This document shows, piece after piece, positions 37,482 through 49,700 of a stretch of 61,901 bases of DNA. The position numbers were made by a program, and so were the translations under genes. The number at the start of each line of letters is the position of its first letter. The stretch's first letter is position 1. Source of the stretch: a virus (taxonomy: Duplodnaviria; Caudoviricetes); IMG/VR virus record IMGVR_UViG_3300046171_000186, positions 1 to 61,901 of that record; one strand, written 5' to 3'. The notes under the pieces were generated by a model. The model was not told the origin of the DNA, searched no databases, and worked only from the letters and a program-made list of their open reading frames with translations.

Positions 37482-37851
37482 TTCCTCAGAGCATTTCAGT
37501 CGCAAGGAACTTCAGTGCAAGTATTCCGGTGAATGCCAGTTTAATCCTGAGTTTTTAGCACGGATTGAAGAACTGCGAATTGCTTACGGTAAACCACTCA
37601 AAGTCTCGTCTGGTTTTCGTAGTGCCGATCACCCCGTTGAGAGGGTCAAAACAGAAAGAGGCAGATCCACAGGTTACCATGCTAAAGGTGAGGCGCTGGA
37701 TTTTCTAGTATACGGAGAAGATGCCCAAACGCTAATTAAATTAGCGTTAGATTTAGGGTTTAAAGGGATTGGAGTTTCGCAGAAGGGAGACTTCAATAAA
37801 CGGTTTATTCATATAGACCATCGTTCTGAACCTGCACTCTGGAGTTACTGA
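37468..37851 (+). CDS. Endolysin, peptidase M15A family
   Basis: HFSRKELQCK, LR..YGKPL.VSSGFR, H..GEALD, FIHID. Confidence 0.88.
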   Translation: MQPVDSSEHFSRKELQCKYSGECQFNPEFLARIEELRIAYGKPLKVSSGFRSADHPVERVKTERGRSTGYHAKGEALDFLVYGEDAQTLIKLALDLGFKGIGVSQKGDFNKRFIHIDHRSEPALWSY

Positions 37852-37924
37852 TGCACGGTAAAGGTAAATGTAAGAAGTGTGGCAAAATGAAATGTTCCCA
37901 TAAACGTAAATAAAGGAGACTACT

Positions 37925-38086
37925 ATGCCAATGGTCAATGGAAAAAAATATCCATACACAAAAGCCGGGAAAGCCGCAGCAATGAAGGCTAAAAAGAAAA
38001 AGATGACGGGAAGCAAAGCTGGAATGATGCCGACCCCCAATCGTATGAAACCAAAGATGAAACCTAAAATGAAGAAAGGCTATTGA
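37925..38086 (+). CDS. 53-aa Lys/Met-rich basic peptide
   Basis: RBS AAGGAG; MPMVNGKKYPYTKAGKAAAMKAKKKKM... Confidence 0.7.
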   Translation: MPMVNGKKYPYTKAGKAAAMKAKKKKMTGSKAGMMPTPNRMKPKMKPKMKKGY

Positions 38087-38113
38087 AAGTAATGCTAATT
38101 ACAGGGTGTAATT

Positions 38114-38275
38114 ATGGCTGCTAAAAAGAAGGCCAAACCGAAAGACGCTTGTTACACGAAAGTCAAAAGTCGCTACAAGGTCTGGCCTAGTGCCTATGCT
38201 AGCGGTGCTTTGAGTAAGTGTCGTAAGGTTGGTTCTAAAAACTGGGGGAACAAAAGTGGCTCAAAGAAAAAGTAA
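38114..38275 (+). CDS. 53-aa basic peptide
   Basis: MAAKKKAKPKDACYTKVKSRYKVWPSAYASGALSKCRK. Confidence 0.7.
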   Translation: MAAKKKAKPKDACYTKVKSRYKVWPSAYASGALSKCRKVGSKNWGNKSGSKKK

Positions 38276-38471
38276 TTCTTTACGCACTTGGTTCGCTCAA
38301 AACGGTGGCAAAGGCTGGATAGACTGCAAGACAGGAAAACCGTGCGGACGTAAGTCTGCAAAAGGTGGATCTAAACGCCCGTATCCAGCCTGTCGGCCCA
38401 CCAAAGCACAGTGCAATTCCAAAGCTAAAACAAAAACTAGCTCTAAAAGAATAAGTTGGAGAAAGAAATGA
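38256..38471 (+). CDS. Small basic Cys-containing protein
   Basis: LRTWF....WIDCKTGKPCGRK....YPACRP. Confidence 0.7.
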   Translation: MAQRKSNSLRTWFAQNGGKGWIDCKTGKPCGRKSAKGGSKRPYPACRPTKAQCNSKAKTKTSSKRISWRKK

Positions 38472-38573
38472 TGCTAGCTCATCTAACTGCTGAAGTACAT
38501 TTTCACCCCGAAGTCTGGATTCCTCTGATTGTCGGAGGAATTGCGTACATTGCTTATTTAGTTAGAGGGTGAA

Positions 38574-38819
38574 ATGAATTTTACTTATCGAACCGTTACT
38601 CAAGATGATCAAGGAAACCCACTTCCTACCGACCCCTGTCACATTCGATGGGAAACTGATGATCAAAGCTTTTCTGGAATCATTGCAATACCAGCCGAAG
38701 CTTTTGCTGGCGCAACACAAGAAGGAAAGATTGCTTTTGTCGAGAATGAAATACGAAATATTATTCAGGCTAAAATTGAAGCTCAGTCTTTTACTTTTAA
38801 TGGTACTGCTACGGTATAG
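38574..38819 (+). CDS. Hypothetical protein
   Basis: RBS GAGG, 81 aa. Confidence 0.55.
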   Translation: MNFTYRTVTQDDQGNPLPTDPCHIRWETDDQSFSGIIAIPAEAFAGATQEGKIAFVENEIRNIIQAKIEAQSFTFNGTATV

Positions 38820-38824
38820 AACTA

Positions 38825-41352
38825 ATGGCAAAAGCCCGACTAGTTGATTTCCGAGGTGGAATCAATCAAAAAATATCGCCCCACATGATCGGTGACACGC
38901 AAGCTCAAGAAGCGAAGAATGTCGATCTGTCTGCCGTGCGGCTGGAAGGTATGTCAAATCCAGTGCCGAATGATCTAGGAGTACTTGCTAATGAACTGCG
39001 AAAAACCTACGGAGAATTCTTTTATGACACGGGAGACTCACGCACACAACGGTGGATCACGACTGATCCGAACCATACCGGACAATTAAACGGTTCCTTC
39101 GCATATCCGGGTTGGGACTGTCAGTATGTCACCAACAGTACAGATTTTGTAGTCTGGAATAAAGATCTCTACGTTGCCCGAATGAATGCTTCGGGCAACG
39201 ATACCTTGATTCGCATTGTAGATGTTGACCTACCGTCAGGTCAGACTACTGCCGATCCAATCATGTATGAATATGCGCTAGCTTTTGATCCTCCAGCCGC
39301 AGTTGATCTGAATGTTAATTACTATGATGACATCGGAGTTTATACGACAGATGGTGGACGGAAGCTTTACTATGACGAGTTTCGTGAGACAGCATACCGA
39401 TCCGGTACGGTTGAAGAAGCACGGTCACCAGCAAGAGGGGTAAACTGGGCAGTAAATCGAAATTTTGACAGTCTATCTGATTCTGGCTATTACCTCCGAG
39501 CAGTACGGAATTATCAAGGAATCCCTGTTGAAAGTAACACGGCAACCAAAGCCGAAGTAGTTGGTGGCTCTTTTGTAAACGGTCTAAACAATACTCCTAA
39601 TCTTTTGACGTTTGACATCACTGCACCCTCGGATTCGTCTGTAGCAGAGGTGGGTACTATGTCGTTGATCGGTTATCGGTTGTATCGGAATGATAACCTC
39701 TCACGCAATGTTTCTTTGGGCTTGATTTACCCTGAGAACGTTTCGGCTCATTTAGTATCAATAGCATATACTACAAATGTTTTTCTATATTTAAGTGGTT
39801 TGGAAAATGGCGCAAACTATCGGGTCAAGTTCTGGGGATGGTCAGGTGTATCTTTAGCTGCAGGAAGCCATCGTACAAAGCCAACATCAATCTTTCAGGA
39901 TCATACGAATATACAAATATAACCAATAACCAGATACAAGTTCAACTGTACGCTCAAGATAACTTTGACTTTAGCAGTGGTTCTCATTTTCCGTTACTTG
40001 GTGGTTTTGACCTGTGGTTGGAAAAAGAAGTGATGACAGACCTTTGGGCTGTTGCTGGATGTGTTTCCTTTTGGAAAGGGGATACTGCTTCTAATGGCTC
40101 AACTCTATCTTCTTCTTTGTCTGGGACAAATTGGACAGCAGGAGGTCCGGGTCAAGAGCATCCGGTTTACTCCTTTATTGACTGTTTTGCGTCAGGATTA
40201 TCATCAGGTTACATCACCAGCAACCAAGATAAGACAGCACCTCCAAACAGTTTAAAGTTTTTAGCAGAGTGGAATAACTTCTTCTTTGGGGTAGGTTCTG
40301 AATACACCAGTGCAGATCGTTACGGTGATAATATAAACAAGAAAGATAGTTTTCTTTTTGTCTCTGACTACAACAACCCACGGCACTGGCCTTTAGATGG
40401 TTATGTAGAATTCCCAGACTCCATCACAGGTATCTACCCGTATCGTGATGCCATGATCGTTTTTACTCGCAGAGCAGTTTACCGAGTGTTTGGTAGTCGT
40501 GCGAATCAAATGCGAAAAGTTCAAGTCAACACGATTGAAGGATTACCACCGAATTATCATAAAACAATTCAGATGCTAGGTAGTTATTTAATCTGGGTGT
40601 CTACGAAAGGAATCTGTTTGTATGATGGAAACTCTGTAACCAATTTAACCAGAGGACGTTTTGGTGACGATCCGTTAAGTGGAGTCGCACCAGCCGACTC
40701 AGCAGTGTACGAAGGAAAGTATTATTTATTGCTGATGAATTTAGGTGGGTTCATCATTGATTTTAATTTAGAAGGTTTTCCGATTATAGAGGTAACGAAT
40801 TTTACTTATGGAACTAATGATCCTGTAGATCTTTCCCAATATACAGGTTCGTTACAAAATCCAGTTTTAGAATATATACCGTCTAAACATCAATTATATT
40901 TAGGGTATTATTTTTCAACTTCTGTAACAGCAAGCACTGCTATTTTAGAAGGTTACGACATTGAAAATAACCCGTACCAAACAACTTCGATAGCATCTAC
41001 TACGAATACGAAAAGACCGTGGGTTTACCGTACCCGTTCTTTTGATGGCGGAAGCTTTGGTGCAATCAAGCTTGTGCGAAACGTAACGATCAATGGCTAT
41101 GGTTATGGGAAAGTCACGATCCGAATAGACGGTACAACCGTAGTTAATCAACAAACAGTCGGTTCTTACACAAGTTGGGGTCAGAAACCGGAAGATGCTA
41201 CCCCGATTACTGAGCCAACCAGAGTTTATTTACCGGAAACTGTCGCAGGAAACCCGTTTGGATTACCTGCTGGGGATGTCTGGGATGTGGAATTAGAATG
41301 GGTGGGAACTGTGGATTGGATTGAAACTGAATACGAAATATTGAGTACCTGA
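38825..41352 (+). CDS. Tail tubular protein B / stabilisation protein, split by a probable indel near 39868
   Basis: N-terminal DFRGGINQKISP..AQEAKNVD; C-terminal beta-propeller-like FVSD.NNP.HWP, ITGI, VFT, W.S.KGICLYDG. Confidence 0.7.
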
Positions 41353-42210
41353 TGACTGAACAACGTGCTACCGAACTGGATCTATATGATTCGGTTGCAG
41401 ATGAAAAAACGAGAACCTGCTTGCAGCAACTCTTTGACAATACAAAGAATCTACAGGCACAGGTGGATCGACTAGTTGATTTGATCACCAACGCTTCCAA
41501 TCTGACCACTCTACAGACACAGGTATCACAAGATTTTTCTGGTGAATCCATAGCAAGTTCTACCGAATCCGCAACAGATGTCTCTGCTTTTAGCGCCCAG
41601 TTTTCTGCAATCAATCATAATCATGATTCCTCTTATAATAATTTTGTACTAGACCAAGCAACAACGACCGTACTTGGGGGAATCAAGCTTGGTGCTAATC
41701 TAACGTATAACTCAAGCACGGATCAGGTAGATGCCTACCGATACAAATACAGTTTATTCGTTACCAGCCGCAAGCGGATCGACAAGAGGAGGAATTCGGG
41801 TTGGTTCGTACCTTTCGGTCAGTGGGGATATTCTTTCAGTGAGTAGCGTACCGAGTCATTCACATAGTTATGCTCCTACGAACCACAGTCATAGTGGATA
41901 CGCTTCTAGTTCACACGGTCATACGATAGGATACTCAAATTTAGACTCATACTTATCCAACAGAATACAAAAAATTGCAGCATTAGTATTTACAAGCTCA
42001 AGTGCAACTCCTTTTACTCCTTCGGATAGACCAGAAGAAATATGGCTAAGAAACAGGAATAATACTAGTTATGTAGGAAAGATTGTATGTGCAAACTATG
42101 GTAGTTCAGGGAACATCGGCATCTGGTTTCAGAGATATATACTGAACAGCACAACCAGCACCAGCCCTTCTTTTACCTATTTAACTCAATCCCTCATAAC
42201 TTCCGCATAA
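41352..42210 (+). CDS. Fibre-like protein with A(T/S)..LGGI(K/R) repeats, split by a probable indel near 41735
   Basis: ATTTVLGGIKLG and AASGSTRGGIRVG occur in consecutive frames; HSH repeats. Confidence 0.6.
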
Positions 42211-42971
42211 TGCAACTCCAAGTATTTCAGGCAGTACGATTAGAGTACGCCCAGCAACCGACAATACAGGTGAACGTAGACGGTTCACAAGTGGACTCTC
42301 GACAGCTACCGTCACAGTCCACCTTCAAAGGCAGAAGAGTCACCCTTCCGGTCAACACGGTGGGTTACCTCTCGCACTTGGAAGCATCGACTACTCGACT
42401 GCAGAATCATAGTTTTGAAGCACTACCGATTGAATCGTTTAATCAACAACAACTGTTTCACTACTTTGAAGTTGGTTTCCGAGGAACAGGTACACTGACA
42501 CCACGGATCTACTTAGACGGTACGATTCAAGCTCAGAACTACAACATTAGCACGACAGAAGCTACTGAAACGATTCGGGTTTATTTTGATGCTCTCGCTT
42601 ACGGATACATTCCCCATATACATAATACGGGTACGTCAACTGCTGATACTGAAATTCTTTGGGCCAGACCTGTGGCGCTACCACCACGATTTTATAGAGG
42701 GATAAGAACTCATGCTGAGTTTCAGATTACTTATCAAGGTTCAGTCAGTCTACAGTGGTATTTAGATGGTACAAGCATAGGAACCTACACTTTTAGCAGT
42801 AGTAACACCGTGACAGAAAAAGCTTACTTTCCGTCAGGTACAATCGGTCATGTGCTTCAATACACTCACACCAATCCTGAAAGCGGTGGCAAAGTCTATA
42901 TCGTAGAGACAGATGTAACTTTAGCTGATTTAGAACAAAGAACCATGCTACCCCAGCAAGAAGAGAACTAA
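42210..42971 (+). CDS. Beta-rich virion protein with internal repeats
   Basis: Three V/YLDG...P....G units. Confidence 0.65.
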   Translation: MQLQVFQAVRLEYAQQPTIQVNVDGSQVDSRQLPSQSTFKGRRVTLPVNTVGYLSHLEASTTRLQNHSFEALPIESFNQQQLFHYFEVGFRGTGTLTPRIYLDGTIQAQNYNISTTEATETIRVYFDALAYGYIPHIHNTGTSTADTEILWARPVALPPRFYRGIRTHAEFQITYQGSVSLQWYLDGTSIGTYTFSSSNTVTEKAYFPSGTIGHVLQYTHTNPESGGKVYIVETDVTLADLEQRTMLPQQEEN

Positions 42972-42972
42972 T

Positions 42973-45078
42973 ATGGTTACATACACTACCCCTACTCCTG
43001 CACTTCCTACTGATTGGGATTATAGTTCTGATCGATACTATCATGAATATTGGAGTCACTTTAAAGAAAAAGCTTTGCAAGGAGAATGGGCTAGAGCACT
43101 CAATAGCAAATTTAATTCTAATTTCGGAGAAGCTACAAAAGATTGGACAGTTGAAGACTACAGGAATTGGGCCGAAGCAAGTGGTTTGACAGAGTCTATT
43201 AAAAAAGGTCTTCCATCGGATTATCAACAATGGACAAATCTATTAGCCAGTGATGACGTTGGTGGTATTCAGCGAGTAATAGGCGCTTTAGTGATGGATA
43301 AGAAGGGTCATTTTACCGATGAAAAATACGAGACTTCTTCATCTGATATAGCTTCTGTTGTTGAGGGGATGAGGTCATATGGTACTCAAAAAGATTTAGT
43401 AGCAAATTTAAGAGAAAAAGGAGGAACTGACGAGGAGATTCAAGGTATCCTTGATTCTCGTGATGGTTCTGCTGAAGGGTTTGAGTCTTTGCTAAATGAT
43501 ATAGAAAATTTATCAGGAGATGAGTGGAATAACTACATCAACGAAAACTTTGCCGATGAAGATATTCTGCCGAACGGGACGTTTGGTGAATATGAGATTC
43601 CAGCCAAAGTGACCTCTGTTGAAAATGCAACTACCCCTACTGAAACCGTAAATCAACAAGTCACGGAAGCAGTTGTTGGAGATAGTTCCTTAGATGCTCT
43701 AAGAAAAGAAGAAGGCTTTCGGGAAGAAAATGGCAGATACTTTGTTGGAGATCAGGAATACGCCTACGATGAAGAAAATGATCAGGTTGTTTTTGTAGGA
43801 GGTGAAAAAGCTGGAGATCGGTGGACACCGGAAGGCTCTGGCATGGCGAGTCAGTACGATCAACTGACAGAGCAAGAACAGCAAACGATTGCCCAACAGC
43901 AAGGAATTGTAGACGAAATTGTTGGTACAGACGAAATTGATCCGGTCACAGGTGAAAGGGTCACCCCCGGACTTGTCAATGAGTATGGTGATTTTGTCGA
44001 TAAGACCCTAACCGATATTGATGCGGACGATAATGATTTTGCAGGGCAGATTAACGCTGAACTGGATCGATTTCTTACCGGAAAAGATGCAGACGGAAAC
44101 AATATTCTTGATGATGAAGGCAACCCGATCAAAGGATTTTTAGACTATCAGACTGATCTAGAAACGGCAGGAACTAATCTAGAAACAGACCTGACAACGT
44201 TACAAGGTCTATATAACCAAGCATACGAAGGTTATGAAGGTGATCTAGATCCCCTACGACAAGAGATTGGTCGAATCCGAGGTAGACTTGGAGAAGTAGC
44301 CGATCAGCAGATGGGCGTAGCACGGGACGCAGGAGACGAAAGTTACTACAGCAGACTCAGTGATCTCTACTATCAAGACGCAAAAGACCAACTGGATGCA
44401 AGTGCTGCTGGCGCAAGAGAAACCTTGAACGAAGCTTATGCCAATGCAGGTCTTGATCCGAGTAGTCCAGCGTTTACTGCAGCTATGAAAGATCTAGCGA
44501 TGTCAAGGGCAGGAGCAGAACGACAAGCGCAAAGACAGTCGATTCTTGACTCCTACGGACTAGGTTCCCAGATGCTTTCCAACCGCACCACTGCTTTGTC
44601 CGGTGCAGGGAATGCGCTGGGGAACGAGATGGCTGGAGTACAAACGGAAATGGGTGCACTAGATTCTTTATATGGTGTAAAGCTGCAGGGATTGAATCAA
44701 CGACAAGACATGATCGGGCAGATCTACAATACGAAAGCCAATAACGCAAATGTAGGAATGCAGGGTCTGAACACGATACTGAACACAAACCTGAAGGGGA
44801 TCGATGCAAACCAGAACCAATTCAATACGAAAATCAATTTAAGCAATGACTTGTACAAGAACAAAGCTGGAATGTACGGAACAGCCTATGATGCCTTGGG
44901 CGGAATGCGTGGCATCTACGATAAAGAAGGTGGGGATCGGCTCAACACGTTGACTGAATTTGGACAAGACGCAAAAAGCGATGCTTTCATTTTAGAGTCG
45001 CTACAACAACAAGCTTCTCAAAATCCAAACTATGAAGTACCACAGTGGATTATTGACATTTATGGAGGGAATAAATAA
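42973..45078 (+). CDS. Internal virion (ejection) protein
   Basis: Acidic N-terminus, helical A/G/Q-rich C-terminus (ANAGLDPSSP); position before the giant gene. Confidence 0.6.
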   Translation: MVTYTTPTPALPTDWDYSSDRYYHEYWSHFKEKALQGEWARALNSKFNSNFGEATKDWTVEDYRNWAEASGLTESIKKGLPSDYQQWTNLLASDDVGGIQRVIGALVMDKKGHFTDEKYETSSSDIASVVEGMRSYGTQKDLVANLREKGGTDEEIQGILDSRDGSAEGFESLLNDIENLSGDEWNNYINENFADEDILPNGTFGEYEIPAKVTSVENATTPTETVNQQVTEAVVGDSSLDALRKEEGFREENGRYFVGDQEYAYDEENDQVVFVGGEKAGDRWTPEGSGMASQYDQLTEQEQQTIAQQQGIVDEIVGTDEIDPVTGERVTPGLVNEYGDFVDKTLTDIDADDNDFAGQINAELDRFLTGKDADGNNILDDEGNPIKGFLDYQTDLETAGTNLETDLTTLQGLYNQAYEGYEGDLDPLRQEIGRIRGRLGEVADQQMGVARDAGDESYYSRLSDLYYQDAKDQLDASAAGARETLNEAYANAGLDPSSPAFTAAMKDLAMSRAGAERQAQRQSILDSYGLGSQMLSNRTTALSGAGNALGNEMAGVQTEMGALDSLYGVKLQGLNQRQDMIGQIYNTKANNANVGMQGLNTILNTNLKGIDANQNQFNTKINLSNDLYKNKAGMYGTAYDALGGMRGIYDKEGGDRLNTLTEFGQDAKSDAFILESLQQQASQNPNYEVPQWIIDIYGGNK

Positions 45079-46730
45079 TGGCTAATCGATTTAGTGTAGG
45101 GGATACGCTAGGCGCACAGTTGTATAGCCGAGTAATTTCCAATCAGACACAACGCTATCTACAAGAAAAAGCATTAGAAGAAGAGCGTCAACGAAGAGAA
45201 GCGGAAAGGCGTAGACAAGAAAAGCAACGCAAGAAAGCTAGCGATCACGGTGCGTTTGGACAGACCCTACAAACAATCGGACAGATCGGTGGTGCAATTG
45301 CAGGAGGTCTCTCGACAGGGACACCGCAAGGTGCAATCGCAGGATCACAACTAGGATCTGCTGGGGCATCTACAATCATGAACCTGTTCCCAAATGTCGG
45401 AGGGACTGAACCAGATGGTAGTAATCCGTACTACGACAAACCCTCCGATATGGCTAAGTTGGGCAGTACCATTAATACAGGTCTGCAAGCATATGGGATG
45501 TATACCGATTCAGCAAAACCCAAGGCCAGAGAAGAAGTAATCAATCGATTGACATCAGAAATGAACAGTGGGGTAACGTGGGATGATAATGGGCAAACCC
45601 TTTCCTACTACAGTGCGTCCCCAGAGCAACTTGCTGCCCGGATTGAAGGTTTCGACGAGTATAAGAATGCTACTGGAATATTTGGGGAAGAGTTTTTAAA
45701 GGGTTCATCTTTGTCAATTGCCAATACTATTAACAGTGGCATCAGGCAAAGTATCCTGCCTCAAGTAGAGTTCACCAATAGCCTTCCGGACAGTGAGCAG
45801 AAACGGCAAGTACTGACAAATCTTCAAAATAAATATGGTCAAAACCTCACCAACCTACTACCAGAAGGTAGTTTACAAGCTATGGATGCTGGGGTTCAGC
45901 AGAATATTCAGAAAGCAAACCGGGCAACCGTACAGGAACAAACTGCTGAATTTGATAGGTTAGCGAAGGTAGCACTCGAATCGGCAAAAATGGGAAGTTA
46001 CGATGCATCGGTATTTACGACAGAAGTAGCAGATGCCAACCCTGAACTCGCACAACAATACAAGGCTTTAGCTGATAGCTATGTCCGAGAGGCAACTCTC
46101 AAGAAGCAAAACACCCAAACCAAGGCTACGCTTGAACTTCAAAAAGACCGATACGAACTATCTTTAAAGGCTCTAGAGAATACGCCAAAAGATTCAGAGA
46201 TGCACCCTTATCTAGTTGGTGTCACGTCAAAGTTGGCAGAGGATGCTATTGGCATTTCTGACGGACAAGCACTGTTCTCTCAACTTGGAAAAGACGTAAA
46301 AGCTGCCGACGATCCTACCGCAAAAAGCATTCAAGCCAATGCAGAACGGTTCGTCAATGCCCTGATGAGTCCGAATCCATCAACAGGTCAGCAACTAACC
46401 AAGGAAGAAACAATTGCCGTGATCCTTGACTCTCAAGCCCAGAAAGACTCGCAAGGAAGAATCATCCCCAACTCCTTGAGTCCAATCGGGGAAGCCATGT
46501 TAAAACAAGTGGAAAAGTCAAGGGACATTGAAAGCATTATAAATCAAACCAATTTGACGACTGCCTTGGAAGAAGCAAAAAGGAAGCAACAAGAACGTCT
46601 GTCCTTGTGGAACCGAACCTTAAACTTTTTTGGATTTGGAGATGATTCCGGGCCACAGGGTGGCGTTCAAGGAAACGTCACTGGACCGAGTGGAAATCAA
46701 GACATGTACAATTTCTTTATGTCGGAGTAA
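45078..46730 (+). CDS. Internal virion (ejection) protein with a glycine zipper
   Basis: IGQIGGAIAGG..GAIAGSQLGSAG plus a coiled coil. Confidence 0.65.
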   Translation: MANRFSVGDTLGAQLYSRVISNQTQRYLQEKALEEERQRREAERRRQEKQRKKASDHGAFGQTLQTIGQIGGAIAGGLSTGTPQGAIAGSQLGSAGASTIMNLFPNVGGTEPDGSNPYYDKPSDMAKLGSTINTGLQAYGMYTDSAKPKAREEVINRLTSEMNSGVTWDDNGQTLSYYSASPEQLAARIEGFDEYKNATGIFGEEFLKGSSLSIANTINSGIRQSILPQVEFTNSLPDSEQKRQVLTNLQNKYGQNLTNLLPEGSLQAMDAGVQQNIQKANRATVQEQTAEFDRLAKVALESAKMGSYDASVFTTEVADANPELAQQYKALADSYVREATLKKQNTQTKATLELQKDRYELSLKALENTPKDSEMHPYLVGVTSKLAEDAIGISDGQALFSQLGKDVKAADDPTAKSIQANAERFVNALMSPNPSTGQQLTKEETIAVILDSQAQKDSQGRIIPNSLSPIGEAMLKQVEKSRDIESIINQTNLTTALEEAKRKQQERLSLWNRTLNFFGFGDDSGPQGGVQGNVTGPSGNQDMYNFFMSE

Positions 46731-46733
46731 CTA

Positions 46734-49700
46734 ATGGACGAAGCTTTACGAGGTGGACTGCCTGACCGTGAGTACGCAAAACAGTTACTGAAGAGAATCC
46801 GTGAACAGTACCGCAAAGGAGACTCGACGTACCGGGATTCAGATTTTCAACTCCGTACCCTGCTGAAACCTTTTGGCCTGAACGAAGCCCAGACCAATTC
46901 AATCGTATCCAATACCCTTGGGACATCCTACAATGTAGATACGGTAACTACAGGACGAGAAGGGGGTCTACTCAATACGTTAGGGGCCTATGTCCCGGTG
47001 GCCCCAGTAGACTACCTTTCCCAAGTAGCCAAAGGTGTACCCGAACAGTTTGGAAATTTTGGTCCACAAGTAGAAAAATCTCTGGCAAGTATCGGTCTGT
47101 CGATGACTGAAGCCGACCCAGATCCTGCTTACATGGCCCAGAGACAACCGGGGTTAGATCGGACCTCTGACAGCCGATTGCTCCAGAACACATTGAGTCT
47201 CCTTCCGGGTACTCCGAACGATGCTGATGCCTTTCGAGAATCCGCTCGAAACATCGAGAATTACATCAGCACAAACTTTGACACTCTAAAGAACAAACTT
47301 CGGTCTTTTGGAGGTATGGTCCAGAGTTGGGCTGAAGAGAACATCCCAACCTTTGAACTTCCCGGATACGACCCGGAATCCGCCCAGTTAGCCCAAGAGA
47401 GGCAGGAACGCAAAAACAACTTAGCCGACCCCCAGTTTAGACGACAAGAACTCCAACAAGTATTTGATAGAGCCTCTAAGGAAATAGAGGCAAACCCCTT
47501 ACCGTTCCCTCAGACAGCTTTTGAACGTGGTGCAGCAAGTCTAGGGGGTTCAATGCCTTCTTATGCGACAATGGCTCTTGCTCCGTTTGACCCTATAAAG
47601 TTACCGACAATCCTGTTGTCCAATGCTGTAGCAGGGCGAATGGTAGCCGGGGAAGCAGTTGAAGGAGTTGCCCAAGACGATGTCTGGCTGGAGATGTCGC
47701 AGAACATGACCGATGCTCAGAAACAAGAAGCACTATCATACATCAACCCTATTGTTAACTTTGAGGCGTACAATACCCGGACCGCAACCGAACTTGCTGC
47801 CGCAGGATCAGATGCCTTGTCTATGTTGCCTATCGGAGGTTTACCCACTCGACTAGGTCTAGACTTGATGGGGGGTGGTGCCAGTGAATTGATTGACTTT
47901 GACTTGGCAGGACGGGCCAGACGTAGGGGACTCCGGGCCTACGCCCAGAAGATGAACTTACCGATTAAGGACGATCCAAGGTTGCAATTGGTCAACCGTG
48001 GGGACTATGCCAAGGCATATCCTGCCCAAGCACAGGAAGCCTTCCAGACAGGAATCGTGATGTCTGGGGCAGCTTCGACTCCTACCACCTTAGTTGATTC
48101 GTTGTTTACGAATTACCGAAACCGACAGCCTCGAGATAATCAAAATCCTAATCAGAACCCCGATCAGATCCAAGCACTGACCAACACGGTGCTCAATAAG
48201 TTAAAGACTCTAAACAAAAAAGATCCGGAGCAAGTCCGAAGCTACCTTGAAAACCCGATCACCGAAGACGTAGTCCGGAACATTCAAGCGAAGAGTGATG
48301 CTGGACAGGCCCTATCTAAGGATGAAATCGAGGTAGCCAAACGGCACAATGAAATCGACACTCCGATCTTAGCGGCACCCGAAGCTACTCCGACAGATAC
48401 GGCACCCGATGCTCTTGCCGAAGGAGTGGCCCGAGAAGGAGAATACTACCAACGATTGCAGGAGAATGCTGCCCGAGTAGAGACTGTACCCACGGACTCA
48501 CTCCAAGATATTACCCGTCAAACTTATCCCGTCCAAGAAAACATATCACAGACGGATGCTGTTGCTTCCCAATGGGATCGGGCTAATAAGGCTCAAAGAT
48601 CTGACAAGTGGTTTGAGGGAGCAAATGCAAATGAAGATGTTGTTAAAGCATGGGATTCTATACGAAGTGAGGCAAGCACAATAGGTGGTCATGGAATGGA
48701 TAAAGCACTTACGCTAAGTCAAGGGCTTAAAAATCTCCGTACACTTTTAAAAGATGGAATTGACTATAGTGTCAATCCTGACACCGGACTCCGTAGGCAG
48801 TTTTTTACTGCGCCTTTGACGGTAACTGCCCAAGGGACAGGTGCTGGGGCAGGAACTGCAAGTGGTACGGCTTATACCGATGGGCCGTTTATTATTGTTT
48901 TTAGAGAAGGCTCATCCGGTAACCCTTCTATCAATGATGTTGCAGGAATCCTAGTTAATGAGGCTCACGCTGAGATTGCTCCTCTACTCCAAGCAGAATA
49001 CCCAAATTTAGTTATTCGTAGTTATGGTCAAATACAAGATGTAGTTGCCGCAGCAAAAACTATGCGGAAAACACCTGATGATTCCAACTCAAGGATCTTA
49101 CAGTCTGCTGGTCGACAGCCTAGTCTACCGGGTCTGGAAGAAGCACCACCTACTCCACAAGATCCTCGTTTTGAGCCTCTAACCTTTACGACAGACCGAG
49201 CACGATCCAAAGTAGAACAACAAGCGTTGCAGGACCGGGAAGCCCGGATGAAGCAGGAGGAAGAACAAAGAACGCTGAATCAGTTCTATGAAGACATTTC
49301 TGAAGACAGTCTGTTTTCAACCTTTGATCAAACTGAAGAAACCGATCTGGGTACAGTCCAGACTCCTCGAGATGAGTACGAATCTGCCGTAGCCTACGAA
49401 GATGCAATTCAACGACAGACCCAACAACTTGAAGACATCCGTAAGCTACAGCAGGACACTAAGACAATCCAAAAAGCCCGAGAAGCTGCCGAGAAAAGAC
49501 AAGAGGCTCTGATCAAGGCAGACCAACGGATTGCTGCACGAGACCTTGCCGCTGAAGACAAACAGAGAATTCAGGAGAAACTTGCGGCAGACAAACTGGC
49601 AAACCAGCAAAGACTAGCAGAAATCGCTGATATTCAACGTGGCTTGGACCAACGAGTCAAGGAAGCCAAGGCTACTCAGGTCACTGCAAAAGAGGAACTA

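Noticed and set aside
39838-41846. Programmed frameshifts or split genes in tail proteins (~39868, ~41735)
   Set aside because: Single-base indels rejoin coherent proteins; no slippery site or stimulatory structure seen
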